Of a stretch of 64,000 nt of DNA, positions 25,174 through 34,622 are shown piece after piece. This DNA is from Chthoniobacterales bacterium (lineage in GTDB: Bacteria > Verrucomicrobiota > Verrucomicrobiia > Chthoniobacterales > Chthoniobacteraceae). Within the stretch, counting starts at the first letter, position 1; each line of letters opens with the position of its first letter. A program made the translations under genes and the position numbers. The notes under the pieces were generated by a model that made no database searches, was not told the DNA's origin, and saw only the letters and a program-made list of their open reading frames with translations. Location of the stretch: the NCBI GenBank assembly GCA_038207335.1, contig JBBQZX010000001.1, positions 192,001-256,000 on the forward strand, read 5' to 3'.

Positions 25174-25316
25174 AATTTAGGATTTAGGATTTGGGATTTT
25201 GAATTTGAAGAGGGCGGGATGCCGCGCCTTCTCCGCGAGCCGGGAGTGGTCGAGCCGCGAAGACGCGCGGCTACCGAGCTCGCGCTCCGGCGATTGAGAA
25301 TTCCAAATCGAAAATT
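25174..25316. repeat. heptamer array (GATTTAG-like x5, 25174-25208) with imperfect inverted partner at 25299-25316
   Basis: AATTTAG GATTTAG GATTTGG GATTTTG AATTTGA versus AATTCCAAATCGAAAATT. Confidence 0.65.
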
Positions 25317-25326
25317 GAATAGGGCC

Positions 25327-25806
25327 TCATGGCGTGACGGAGAGGCGCTCGGTCTTTTCTTCGCGGAGGAGGGGGACGCCGTTCTCCTTGTAGGCTTTCA
25401 GGCGGAAGTGGGTGGCGGTGGAGATGACGCCTTTGATGGTGCTGAGGCGCTCGGAGATGAAGCTGGCAACGGCCTGCAACGTCTCGCCTTCGACGACGAC
25501 GAGGAGGTCGTACCCGCCGCTCATGAGGTAGCAGCTTTGCACTTCATCGAAGCGCGCGATGCGCGCGGCGAGTCGGTCGAACCCGCCATCGCGCTCGGGT
25601 GTGATTTTCACTTCGATGCAGGCGGTGACTGCGCAGCCGTGGCCGGCGTGGGGCGCGAGGAGAGTCTGGTAGCCGAGGATGACGCCTTCATTTTCCAGCA
25701 TGAGGATGCGCTCGGTGACGGCGGATTCTGTGGAGGCGAGTTCGCGGGCGAGGTCGGCGATGGAAGCGCGGGCGTCGCGGCGCAGGATGGTGAGGAGCGG
25801 GTCCAT
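25327..25806 (-). CDS. Lrp/AsnC family transcriptional regulator
   Basis: N-terminal HTH (DARASIADLAREL...ENEGVILGY), RAM domain MSGGYDL; ATG at 25806; upstream of the aminotransferase. Confidence 0.9.
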   Translation of the reverse strand: MDPLLTILRRDARASIADLARELASTESAVTERILMLENEGVILGYQTLLAPHAGHGCAVTACIEVKITPERDGGFDRLAARIARFDEVQSCYLMSGGYDLLVVVEGETLQAVASFISERLSTIKGVISTATHFRLKAYKENGVPLLREEKTERLSVTP

Positions 25807-25987
25807 GGCGGAGGTTGAGAGTTGGAGTTGGAGTTGAGAGAAGAATGAGCGCGTGGCGAAATGGGCGGGGACGGTATGCGCGGAATTCGCGGTTGGAAAG
25901 TTCCGTTCCGTCGTCCGACTCTCAACTTCTCCAATGAGCGCTTGCGCGGGCGCGCGGCGCTTCGTTAATTCACGACCCCCTCCAGCT

Positions 25988-26575
25988 ATGATGAAGTATC
26001 GCACTTATCTGATTTTCGGCGCGCCCGGCAGCGGCAAAGGAACGCAGGGAAAGATCCTCGGTGCGATCCCGCGCTTCTTTCATTTCGCGTGCGGCGATGT
26101 CTTCCGCGCGCTGGATACGCGGACGCCGCTGGGGCAGAAATTTCTCGAATACTCGAGCCGCGGCGAGTTGGTGCCTGACGATCTGACGGTGCAGCTCTGG
26201 CAGGCGCGCATCGCGGATGTGGTGCGCTCGCATGTCTTCAAGCCGGAAATCGATGCGCTCGTGCTCGATGGGATTCCGCGCAACGTCGGACAGGCGCGGA
26301 TCATGACGGGGATCATCGACGTGCAGCGCGTGTTTCATCTGGCGTGCCCGGACCGTCCGGCCCTGATCGCGCGGCTGAAAAAGCGGGCGCTCAAGGAGAA
26401 CCGTTTCGACGATGCGAATGAGGAAGTGATCCGGCGCCGGCTCGCGACCTATGAGGAAGAGTCGAAGCCGGTGCTGGAATTTTACGGGCCGAATTTGCTG
26501 ACGGAAATCGACGCGACGCAAGCGCCGGTGAAGGTGATTTCGGAGATTTTGAAAACGATCAACGCCAGCGAATGA
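25988..26575 (+). CDS. adk: adenylate kinase family nucleoside monophosphate kinase (short LID)
   Basis: GAPGSGKGTQ, GELVPD, LDGIPR, RFDD. Confidence 0.85.
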   Translation: MMKYRTYLIFGAPGSGKGTQGKILGAIPRFFHFACGDVFRALDTRTPLGQKFLEYSSRGELVPDDLTVQLWQARIADVVRSHVFKPEIDALVLDGIPRNVGQARIMTGIIDVQRVFHLACPDRPALIARLKKRALKENRFDDANEEVIRRRLATYEEESKPVLEFYGPNLLTEIDATQAPVKVISEILKTINASE

Positions 26576-26811
26576 GCGCTCGGCAATTCGATCAATTTCG
26601 CGCTTCGTCGCTCTACTGCGCGGCGTGTGAAAAAGCGCAACCGGTGCGCGAAAAGCTGCTGCTCGTGCTGCCGGACAAGGAGCTTTTCGACTACCTTTGC
26701 GAGGTGTGCGTCGGTGTGGTCGGGCAGCGCGAGGTGACGGCGGCGGACAAGCTGATGACCGATGCGCTTGCTGCGCGCCGCAGCGGGCAACGGCAGGTGC
26801 GGATTCTCTGA
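26572..26811 (+). CDS. small zinc-ribbon hypothetical protein
   Basis: CAAC...CEVC; ATGA overlap with adk, 4 nt before fmt. Confidence 0.7.
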   Translation: MSARQFDQFRASSLYCAACEKAQPVREKLLLVLPDKELFDYLCEVCVGVVGQREVTAADKLMTDALAARRSGQRQVRIL

Positions 26812-26815
26812 GCGG

Positions 26816-27787
26816 ATGCGGATCGTTTTTCTCGGCACTGGCGAAATCGGCGTCCCGACGCTGCGGCTCCTGCTCGGCTCGGCGGAGCATCACATCCTTG
26901 CGTGCGTGACGCAGCCGGACAAGCCGGTCGGGCGGCGGCAGGAGTTGCAGCCGTCGCCGGTCAAGGTCGCGGCTCAGGCGCGGCACGTTCCGATTTTCCA
27001 GCCGCAGAAAATCCGCGAGCAAAGTGCGGTGGAGCAACTGCGGTATCTGCGGCCCGACGTAATCGTGGTGATGGCTTACGGGCAGATTTTGCCGGGCGAG
27101 ATTTTGCGCATTCCGACGGTGGCGTGTTTGAATTTGCACGCGTCGCTGCTGCCTCGGCATCGCGGTGCTTCGCCGATTCATGCGGCGATCGAGGCGGGCG
27201 ATCGCGAGACGGGGATCACGGTGATGTACATGGCGCAGGGGCTCGACACCGGCGACATCCTGCTCGCGAAATCGCTCTCGATCGGCCGCCGCGAGACGAC
27301 CGGCACTCTGCACGACCGGCTCGCCGAACTCGCGCCCGGCGCGCTGGCCGAGGCGCTCACGCTGCTGAAGCAAGGCCGCGCGCCGCGCACTCCGCAGGAT
27401 GATGCGCGCGCGACTTACGCGACGAAACTGACGCGCGAGAATGGCGAGATCGACTGGGCCGCGAGCGGCGAGCAAATCGACCGGAAAATCCGGGCGATGA
27501 ATCCGTGGCCGGCGGCGCACACTTTTCTCCCCACGGAAGAGGGGCCGAAGAAACTGAAGATTTTCTCGTGCATCCAGCACACACGCGACCTCGGCGCGCC
27601 GGGTCGCGTGGTGCGGGCGGACAAGCACGGTGTTCTCGTCTCGGCGGCGCAAGGCGGCGTGCTGCTGCGGGAGATTCAGCTCGAAGGGAAGAAGCGGATG
27701 AGCGCGCGGGATTTTCTGCTCGGGCATCCGATCGCGGCGGAGACAGCGCTCGGCGCGCGAGACGACTTGTGCTCCGCAGCGGAATGA
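26816..27787 (+). CDS. fmt: methionyl-tRNA formyltransferase
   Basis: MRIVFLGT, VTQPDKPVGR, NLHASLLP, GLDTGD, NPWP, QLEGKK. Confidence 0.95.
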   Translation: MRIVFLGTGEIGVPTLRLLLGSAEHHILACVTQPDKPVGRRQELQPSPVKVAAQARHVPIFQPQKIREQSAVEQLRYLRPDVIVVMAYGQILPGEILRIPTVACLNLHASLLPRHRGASPIHAAIEAGDRETGITVMYMAQGLDTGDILLAKSLSIGRRETTGTLHDRLAELAPGALAEALTLLKQGRAPRTPQDDARATYATKLTRENGEIDWAASGEQIDRKIRAMNPWPAAHTFLPTEEGPKKLKIFSCIQHTRDLGAPGRVVRADKHGVLVSAAQGGVLLREIQLEGKKRMSARDFLLGHPIAAETALGARDDLCSAAE

Positions 27788-28395
27788 AGTCGGAGCGCGC
27801 GCGGCTCGAGGCAGTCGTGTCGCAGATTCGCGCCTGCGTGCTTTGTCCGAAAATGCACCGCCCGGGCGTCTCTGGCGGCGCGGTCGTGAGCCGCGTGATC
27901 AGCGTCGGACAGGCGCCTGGGACGAAGGAGCCGGTGATCGGAAAGCCGTTCGCATGGACGGCGGGAAAGACGCTGTTCGGTTGGTTCCAGCGTGCGTCCG
28001 GGATGTCGGAGGAGACGTTTCGCGCGACGATTTACATGGCCGCGGTTTGCCGCTGTTTTCCAGGAAAAAACAATGCTGGCGGCGACCGCGTGCCCGATCC
28101 GAATGAGATCGCGACATGTGATCGCTGGCTCGCCGCGGAGTTCGACATCCTGCGCCCGCAACTCGTGCTGCCGATCGGAAAACTGGCGATCCAAAGATTT
28201 CTCCCGCCCGCGATGCTGACCGACGTGATCGGGAAAAAGTTCACGCTCACGCGAGCCGGTCACACGTTCGATCTCGTGCCGCTCCCGCATCCCTCCGGTG
28301 CCTCCCCCTGGCACCGCATGGAGCCCGGAAAGACGCTGCTGAATCAAGCACTGAGGCTGATCGTGGAGCACCCAGCGTGGCCTCACGCGCTGTAG
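27784..28395 (+). CDS. uracil-DNA glycosylase superfamily protein (Fe-S type)
   Basis: CxxC at N-terminus, GQAPG, VCRCFP, third/fourth Cys, LPHPSG. Confidence 0.85.
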   Translation: MKSERARLEAVVSQIRACVLCPKMHRPGVSGGAVVSRVISVGQAPGTKEPVIGKPFAWTAGKTLFGWFQRASGMSEETFRATIYMAAVCRCFPGKNNAGGDRVPDPNEIATCDRWLAAEFDILRPQLVLPIGKLAIQRFLPPAMLTDVIGKKFTLTRAGHTFDLVPLPHPSGASPWHRMEPGKTLLNQALRLIVEHPAWPHAL

Positions 28396-28409
28396 CCGGG
28401 ATCACCGAG

Positions 28410-29222
28410 CTACAACACCTCCAGCCACCCGGCGATTTTTGTGGCGAGGTCCGGGTCGTTCTGCTCGGCGACTAGCTGAATATTCGAGAGCATCCGATGC
28501 AGCATCTGTCGCGGTGTCGCGGGCGCGAGGTGCTCTGGTCGCAGCGCGATGCCGCGCGTCTGAAGTAGCGCCCGGCATTCCTCCAAGCCGACGCGCCGGC
28601 CACCGTGAAACGGATCGAGAAAAATCTCTCCGCAGCGCACGAGGAAATGCCCAGGAAGCGCGACGCCATCGATGGACATCCCGGCCCGGCGACCGACCAT
28701 CGTGTAGATGAGCGAGAGTGAAATCGGGATGCCGAGATGCGTATCGACGACCATCGGCAGCAGCGAGTTGTCGATGTCGTAATAGTCGTCGGCATTGCCC
28801 CGCAGGCCGATCTCGTCGGCGAGATATTCGGCGAGCGTCTCGACCGCATCGAGCGGCGTTTGCGCCTTCAGCAGACGGTGCGCGACCTCCGCGCCCCACT
28901 CGTCGATTTGGTCGCGCTCGAATCGAAAATCATCCCCCGGCATGAATGTCGCCGCGAGCCGCCAAGCCGCTTCCTCGAGATCGCTCTCGTCTGTGAATTC
29001 CGCGCACAGTCGCGCGAAAATCGTGTCTGACTCGCGCTCCTCGATCACCGCGATCACGTCGCGGACATGTCGCGCGGGGACGGCATCCGCCTCGGCGAGA
29101 AGGACACGCAACTCATCGAGAGCACCGGCACCGGCGCGCGCAAGTTGACCTTTGACGAGACCGATGGTCGCGGGGTCATCGTCCCGAAGGAGTTTAAAAA
29201 GCGCGTCTCGTTGCTCGAGCAT
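28410..29222 (-). CDS. SirB1/transglutaminase-like family protein
   Basis: GNADDYY...NS, GIPISLS, GVALPGHFL, DPFHGG. Confidence 0.85.
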   Translation of the reverse strand: MLEQRDALFKLLRDDDPATIGLVKGQLARAGAGALDELRVLLAEADAVPARHVRDVIAVIEERESDTIFARLCAEFTDESDLEEAAWRLAATFMPGDDFRFERDQIDEWGAEVAHRLLKAQTPLDAVETLAEYLADEIGLRGNADDYYDIDNSLLPMVVDTHLGIPISLSLIYTMVGRRAGMSIDGVALPGHFLVRCGEIFLDPFHGGRRVGLEECRALLQTRGIALRPEHLAPATPRQMLHRMLSNIQLVAEQNDPDLATKIAGWLEVL

Positions 29223-29230
29223 CGCGCACT

Positions 29231-29416
29231 TTAACCGCTGGAGATTTGAACGTCCACGACCTCTCCGGGCTCGCACTGAACGTCGAGCTGGATTGGCCGG
29301 CAGCAGACGCTGCAATCCTCGATCATCGCGTGATCGCCCTGCGATGTGTCGATGCTGAGCGGGAAAACTTCGCCGCAGTGCGGGCAGGGGATGTCGGCTT
29401 CGATGAGCAGCGCCAT
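29231..29416 (-). CDS. CPXCG-motif cysteine-rich protein
   Basis: CPHCGE...IEDCSVCCRPI; ATG at 29416. Confidence 0.85.
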   Translation of the reverse strand: MALLIEADIPCPHCGEVFPLSIDTSQGDHAMIEDCSVCCRPIQLDVQCEPGEVVDVQISSG

Positions 29417-29426
29417 TCGGCGATTA

Positions 29427-29774
29427 TCAGGTTTGCAGTGCGAGGCGGGGGGCGTCGCTCCAGAGGTCTTCGAGGCTGTAAACGCCGCGTTTGTCCGCGT
29501 GGAAGACGTGGACGACGACGTCGGAATAATCGGCGATGACCCATTGGCTCGCAGGGAAGCCGTCGATCGCGGTTGGGCGGACGTTGTGCTCTTTGATGAG
29601 ACGATCCTGTAGGTCACCGATGATCGCCTTAAGATGCGGCTCGGAGTTGCCGGTGCAGATGACGAAGAAATCGGTGAAGCTCGAAATGCCGCGCAGATCG
29701 ATCGCGACGATGTGCTCCGCTTTTTTTTCAGCCGCGATGCTGGCGATGGTCTGTGCGAGTAGTTCGGATTTAAT
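29427..29774 (-). CDS. rsfS: ribosome silencing factor RsfS (Iojap); probable ATT start
   Basis: EKKAEHI, DFFVICTGNS, WVIADYSDVVVHVF, YSLEDLW; directly after nadD. Confidence 0.9.
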   Translation of the reverse strand: MKSELLAQTIASIAAEKKAEHIVAIDLRGISSFTDFFVICTGNSEPHLKAIIGDLQDRLIKEHNVRPTAIDGFPASQWVIADYSDVVVHVFHADKRGVYSLEDLWSDAPRLALQT

Positions 29775-30336
29775 AGGGAGACTCCTGGTAAAGGCGATGC
29801 CGCGCGATGATCGCGCGAACCGGCTCCGGGACGAGATACTGGATCGACGCACCGCGCGCAACCCGTTCGCGAATCTCAGTGGCGGAAATATCGACGCGCC
29901 GCGCGAGGCTCGGCATCCCATGCTCCGCCGCGCTTTCACCCCGATCGAACACGACGAATTTCACCGCGCGCTGCAGTTCGCCGATGCGCCGCCATGTGTG
30001 GAGCTTCGCGACGTTGTCGTGGCCGATGAGGTAAAATATCTCCGCGTCCGGAAATCGAGCGCGATACGTCTCGGCGGTATCGACGCTGAAGCTCGGGCCG
30101 TCGTTCGCGAGTTCGGAGTCGTCGAGCGAAAATGACGGCTCGTCGGCGATGGCGGCGGCGAGCATCTCGCGTCGCTCGGCGGCGGGCGCTGGGCGCGTGC
30201 CGGGCTTGTGCGGTGAGAGCGCGGCGGGAATGAAAATCACACGGTCGAGTTGCAACTGTTCGATGGCGTCGCGCGCCAAAATCAAGTGACCGTGATGAAT
30301 CGGGTCGAACGTCCCGCCGTACAATGCGATCCGCAT
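29770..30336 (-). CDS. nadD: nicotinate-nucleotide adenylyltransferase
   Basis: GGTFDPIHHGH, SPHK, ISATEIR. Confidence 0.95.
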   Translation of the reverse strand: MRIALYGGTFDPIHHGHLILARDAIEQLQLDRVIFIPAALSPHKPGTRPAPAAERREMLAAAIADEPSFSLDDSELANDGPSFSVDTAETYRARFPDAEIFYLIGHDNVAKLHTWRRIGELQRAVKFVVFDRGESAAEHGMPSLARRVDISATEIRERVARGASIQYLVPEPVRAIIARHRLYQESPY

Positions 30337-30399
30337 TTCAGGTATAGAATTCCCAACTTGGCTGCCTCTGCGCCTTCGCCGTAAATATCGTGCCCGCCG

Positions 30400-32901
30400 C
30401 TATTTAATGAGCTGTTCGAGCGCGCTATCGGGCTCCGCGCCGAGTTCGATGGCGCGCTTGTAGTGCTTGCGCGCGAGCTCCTTGTTCGGCGGCTGTTGCG
30501 TGGCGTAAACGACTGCGAGATTGAAGAATGCGTCGGCGTAATTCGGGTCGAGTGCGCTCGCTGTTTCGAGCTCTTTTTGCGCGGCTTCCTGCCAGCCTTT
30601 TTGGCTCGCCGTGATGCCGAGATAATTGTGCGCCGTCGCATTTTTTGGCTGAATGGCGAGCGCCTTTGTGAGCTCGTTCACCGCCTCGTCGTATTTGCCT
30701 TCGCTGTAGTAAACGATGCCGAGAGTGCAGTGGCTGAACGCATCTTCGGGCGCGACGGCGATCGCTTTTTTGAATGACTCCTCGGCGAGTTTCAGTTTGC
30801 CAGAGCGAAAACGGACGACTCCGAGATTGCTGAGCGCGTACAGATTGTTCGGCGCTTTGATCAGGATCTTGTCGTAGATTTTTTCCGCCTCGCGGTAGTT
30901 GCCGCGCTCGAACTGATCCTTGCCCTCGCGTGCGAGCGTGAGGAGTTCCGGCGGAACATTTGGCGAGCCCGCGGCGTCTCCCGCGGATGGTTTGCCCGGT
31001 GCGGTTTCATCCGGGGCTTTCGTAGGCAGGTCACCCTCTGGCGCGGGCTTGCCGGGATTCGTGATCGAGGGATTCGGAACATCGGCCTTCGCGACTTCCA
31101 TCGCTGGTTTGTCCGGCGCGGGTGTCGTCGATTCGACGACCGGCGGCTTGTCCTCCGGCGCTGGCTTCGAGTCCGCGCTTGCGACCGGCTTCTGTTCTGG
31201 CGCGGGCTTCGCTTCAGGCGCTTGTGCCTCGGGCATCGGCGCGGCTTTGGCTTCGGGCGCAGGTGGGGGATTCTGTGCGGTCGGGGGAGTTCCTTCGGCT
31301 GTGGGAAGCGGCTCGACTGGCGGCGCGGCATCGGGAGCCGGTCCACCTTCTTTCGGCGCGGATATGGAGACTTCGGCGTCGCTGATTTCGATGAGCGGTT
31401 GCTTGAATAGTTTGCGCTCTTTTTCAGTTAACTTCACGACTGGCTGGCCGAGGTAATCGATCTGCTTCAGCAGCGATTTGGATTGCAGCTCGAGCTTCGA
31501 AAGTTCGCCGAGCACGAGCTTTTTCGTCTGGTCGCGGCGCGCCTGCTCTTTCATCTGGCGCACGACGATCCCGCGAAGGAGTTCGTTTTCCGCCGACAGT
31601 TTTTTGCGGTCCTCCGAGTTCGCCGTGGCGTCGGTTTTCATCTGCCCGAGTTCCTTTGCCTGCGCCTGCAGCTTGCCCTGCAAATCCGCCATCTGCTGCT
31701 GATACACGGCGCTCTGTTTTTGCGTGTCGGCCAGCTGCACCTTTACGTTCGCGACCTCTTTTTTCAGGCTGGCGATTTGCTCGTCTTTCTGCGTCCCGTC
31801 GGCCTTGAACTGCGCGATCGTTTTCTGCGCGTCGCCGAGCTTTGCCATCAGCATAGTGTTGTCAGCTAGGAGCTTGTCCACCTGCTTCTGCGCGTCCTTC
31901 ATCCGCTCGACTTGGCCGAGTGCATCGTCGCGCTCCCTGGTCACTTTTTTCACGATCTCCTCGGTCTTCGCGAGCTTTGTGGAGAGGTCGCTTTTTTCTT
32001 TGATGACTTGATCGATCTGCTTCTGCATCGCCGCGATTTTCGCGGGCACCTCGGCGCTCTCTTTCTTTGCGGTATCCCGTTCGCCGATCGCCGCACCGAT
32101 GGCTTTATTCGCCGCCGCGATGCGATCCGCGAACTGCTGCCGCACCTCCTCCGCCGCATCCCGGTCGCTCTGCGCATCTCGCATTTCCTTGCGAATCGTC
32201 GCCACCTCCGTGCGCAGCGCCTTGGTCGCCTCCATCGCTTTCGCGCCCTCGGCCTCGGATTTCATCAGCGCCTCTTCGGCGCGATCCGCGCGAGTCTGTA
32301 GCTTCGCTTGCATCTCCGCGGATTTCTCGGATTTCTGAATTGCCTCCTCGAGCTTGTGCGCGACATCCGCTTTCTCCGCAGTCACGCGCTCGAGTTCAGT
32401 TTTTGCCACGGAAAGTTCGCGTTGCTGGCGCTCGAGGCGATCGGTGATTTCCTTAATTGGGTCGTTGCCGTTGCCAGTGCTACGAGGCGCCTCTGTCATG
32501 CGAGCCGACGGTGGGTTCTGCGGTAATTCATCCGGGATCAACCCTTCGGCCGCGCCCGTGCCCGGTAGGGGCCCGGCCATGTCTTCATCGTTGGGCTTGT
32601 CGCCGGGTTTGCCCACCTTCGGCTGAATGCGCGCGATCGCCTCTGTCGCGCGATCGTGCCGATGTTTCACGATCGGCGGGTTCCAGCTCGGCCAGCGCTG
32701 CGTGATCGTGTCGAGCGTCGAGACGGCCTGTTTGTAGGCCTTCATCGCAGCCGTGAAGCTGTTCTGCCCCTCGGCCTTCTCGCCCTTTTGATAGGCCATG
32801 TAGGCATTGAGAAAGTAGTCGCTAGGGTCGGTCGATTGGGCGCGTGCCGGAGCAAGCGAGAGGGCGATCGTGGCGATGAGAAAAAAGATGAACTGCCGCA
32901 T
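30400..32901 (-). CDS. exported coiled-coil protein with Pro-rich linker and C-terminal TPRs
   Basis: Signal peptide, long heptad-rich region, P/A/E/K linker, about five TPR repeats (NLGVV, LGIVYY, HNYLG, FFNLA). Confidence 0.85.
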   Translation of the reverse strand: MRQFIFFLIATIALSLAPARAQSTDPSDYFLNAYMAYQKGEKAEGQNSFTAAMKAYKQAVSTLDTITQRWPSWNPPIVKHRHDRATEAIARIQPKVGKPGDKPNDEDMAGPLPGTGAAEGLIPDELPQNPPSARMTEAPRSTGNGNDPIKEITDRLERQQRELSVAKTELERVTAEKADVAHKLEEAIQKSEKSAEMQAKLQTRADRAEEALMKSEAEGAKAMEATKALRTEVATIRKEMRDAQSDRDAAEEVRQQFADRIAAANKAIGAAIGERDTAKKESAEVPAKIAAMQKQIDQVIKEKSDLSTKLAKTEEIVKKVTRERDDALGQVERMKDAQKQVDKLLADNTMLMAKLGDAQKTIAQFKADGTQKDEQIASLKKEVANVKVQLADTQKQSAVYQQQMADLQGKLQAQAKELGQMKTDATANSEDRKKLSAENELLRGIVVRQMKEQARRDQTKKLVLGELSKLELQSKSLLKQIDYLGQPVVKLTEKERKLFKQPLIEISDAEVSISAPKEGGPAPDAAPPVEPLPTAEGTPPTAQNPPPAPEAKAAPMPEAQAPEAKPAPEQKPVASADSKPAPEDKPPVVESTTPAPDKPAMEVAKADVPNPSITNPGKPAPEGDLPTKAPDETAPGKPSAGDAAGSPNVPPELLTLAREGKDQFERGNYREAEKIYDKILIKAPNNLYALSNLGVVRFRSGKLKLAEESFKKAIAVAPEDAFSHCTLGIVYYSEGKYDEAVNELTKALAIQPKNATAHNYLGITASQKGWQEAAQKELETASALDPNYADAFFNLAVVYATQQPPNKELARKHYKRAIELGAEPDSALEQLIK

Positions 32902-33031
32902 GGGAGTGGAAAAAGGAGGCGCTGGTTTGGAAAAAAGCGCGCGAATCTACTTGAGACGCTAAACCGATGCAATCAGTTCTCCCACGCGCGCACAGCCACA
33001 GTTTCCACTTCAAAAACTCCCACTTCCTCTT

Positions 33032-33982
33032 TTGAACCGCCTTCCTGTCCCGCCCACGCCTCGCAAGCCTCATGCTGCCTGGATCGGCGGCGATGTGCTC
33101 GACGATTTGCGCGCAGCCGGCACCACCGCCCACCGCCTTTACTCCAGCCCCGACGTTTGGCTCGAGCGCTTCCACGAGGACGCGCTCATTTCGTATCAGC
33201 ACCCCGCCGCTCGCGATTCCGTGCTCACCGAGTTGCCCGCATTCAGCGAGACGCACGGACTCCGCTGGCGGCGGATTTTCGGAAAATATCTACCGCCGAA
33301 AAACGAAGAGCGAGCCGCTCCGCTGCTGCTGCGCGGCGATGCGAGTGCGTCGCTGGAGACGGTGGTCGAGGAGAGCGGGATGAAATTCGGACTGGATTTC
33401 GGCGCGGGATATTCCGCTGGGCTCTTCATCGATCAGCGGGAAAATCGCGCCCATCTCCGCGCGCTCGGCGTGAAGCGAGTGCTGAATACTTTCGCCTACA
33501 CTTGCTCCTTCTCCGTAGCCGCCGCGCTCGCGGGATCGGAGACCACGAGCATCGATCTTTCCAAAAAATCCATCGACCGCGGTTGCGACAATTTCACCCT
33601 CAACGGTCTCGACCCCGCGCGCCACCGCTTCTACGCGGACGACGTGCTCGAGATGCTCCCGCGCCTCGCGCGGAAAGGCGAGCGCTTCGACGCCATCGTG
33701 CTTGATCCGCCGACATTTTCGCGCGGGAGCAAGGGCCGCAAATTCCAAGTCGAGCACGATATGGAAGAACTCCTCCTCGCCGCGCTGGAGGTCGCCGCGC
33801 CTCGTGCCCGCGTGCTCCTTTCCACGAACTGCACGCGCATGAACCGCCCCGCGCTCGAAGCCGTCGCGCGCCACTGTCTGAAGATGACGCGCCAGACCGC
33901 GAGCTTTCACCACCAGCCGCCGCTCAGCGACGTGCCGGCAGAATTCGCCGCGCAAACTCTCTGGCTCACGTTGCGGAGTTAG
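33032..33982 (+). CDS. class I SAM-dependent methyltransferase, RlmI/RlmK-like
   Basis: GLFIDQRENR, LNTFAYTCSFS, LDPPTF; TTG start. Confidence 0.85.
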   Translation: MNRLPVPPTPRKPHAAWIGGDVLDDLRAAGTTAHRLYSSPDVWLERFHEDALISYQHPAARDSVLTELPAFSETHGLRWRRIFGKYLPPKNEERAAPLLLRGDASASLETVVEESGMKFGLDFGAGYSAGLFIDQRENRAHLRALGVKRVLNTFAYTCSFSVAAALAGSETTSIDLSKKSIDRGCDNFTLNGLDPARHRFYADDVLEMLPRLARKGERFDAIVLDPPTFSRGSKGRKFQVEHDMEELLLAALEVAAPRARVLLSTNCTRMNRPALEAVARHCLKMTRQTASFHHQPPLSDVPAEFAAQTLWLTLRS

Positions 33983-34009
33983 ACGCGGCTACCGCTTTAT
34001 CACCTCGCG

Positions 34010-34459
34010 CTACGGCGCCCAGCCGGGAAGCTCCGATGCCTGCCGGATCCAGCTCGCCAGCAGTTCCTCGTTGAGCGGTTCATCCTCGTGGATGTGAAGG
34101 TAACGCGTCTCGTTGTTCTTTGACTCCCCGGGGGGAAGCGGACGCAACGACGTGCCGCGGAAAAAGGCGACCTTGATATACTTTGTGAGGCAATGAAACC
34201 CGAGGAACCATCCATGGCCTTCAATGCCATAAAAAGGCGTATTCCACTTCACGGCCTTTTGCACGCCGGGCACCGTGCGCACGATGAGCGCATCGAGGTG
34301 GCGCCCGACGTCGCCCTTCCATGCCGGCATGGCCGCGATGTAGGCCTGCACAGGGGCGTCCCCTTCGGCTTTCGCGATCTGCGGATTGCCGCCTGCCAAA
34401 AGGCTCGGTTTCCCCGCTGCCGAGGAATTCTTTGGGGGAAGCTGTTTGGCGCGTGGCAT
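34010..34459 (-). CDS. DUF1801 (YdhG-like) domain protein
   Basis: GGNPQIAKAEGD, KAVKWNTPFYG, FFRGTSL. Confidence 0.8.
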   Translation of the reverse strand: MPRAKQLPPKNSSAAGKPSLLAGGNPQIAKAEGDAPVQAYIAAMPAWKGDVGRHLDALIVRTVPGVQKAVKWNTPFYGIEGHGWFLGFHCLTKYIKVAFFRGTSLRPLPPGESKNNETRYLHIHEDEPLNEELLASWIRQASELPGWAP

Positions 34460-34622
34460 TTCGGGACGGGAGCAACGTGGCTGAGCAGAAGCAAGTTTAT
34501 TGAGGTTTCGCGGGAAAGGTGAGCGCTTTTTTGATGAAACTCATTGCGAGAAGCCGCGGGCTGGGTGAGGTGTGAGGGGTCGGTGAGATCGTTTCTTTGA
34601 TCGCCGGTCGCTCCCCTCCTAC

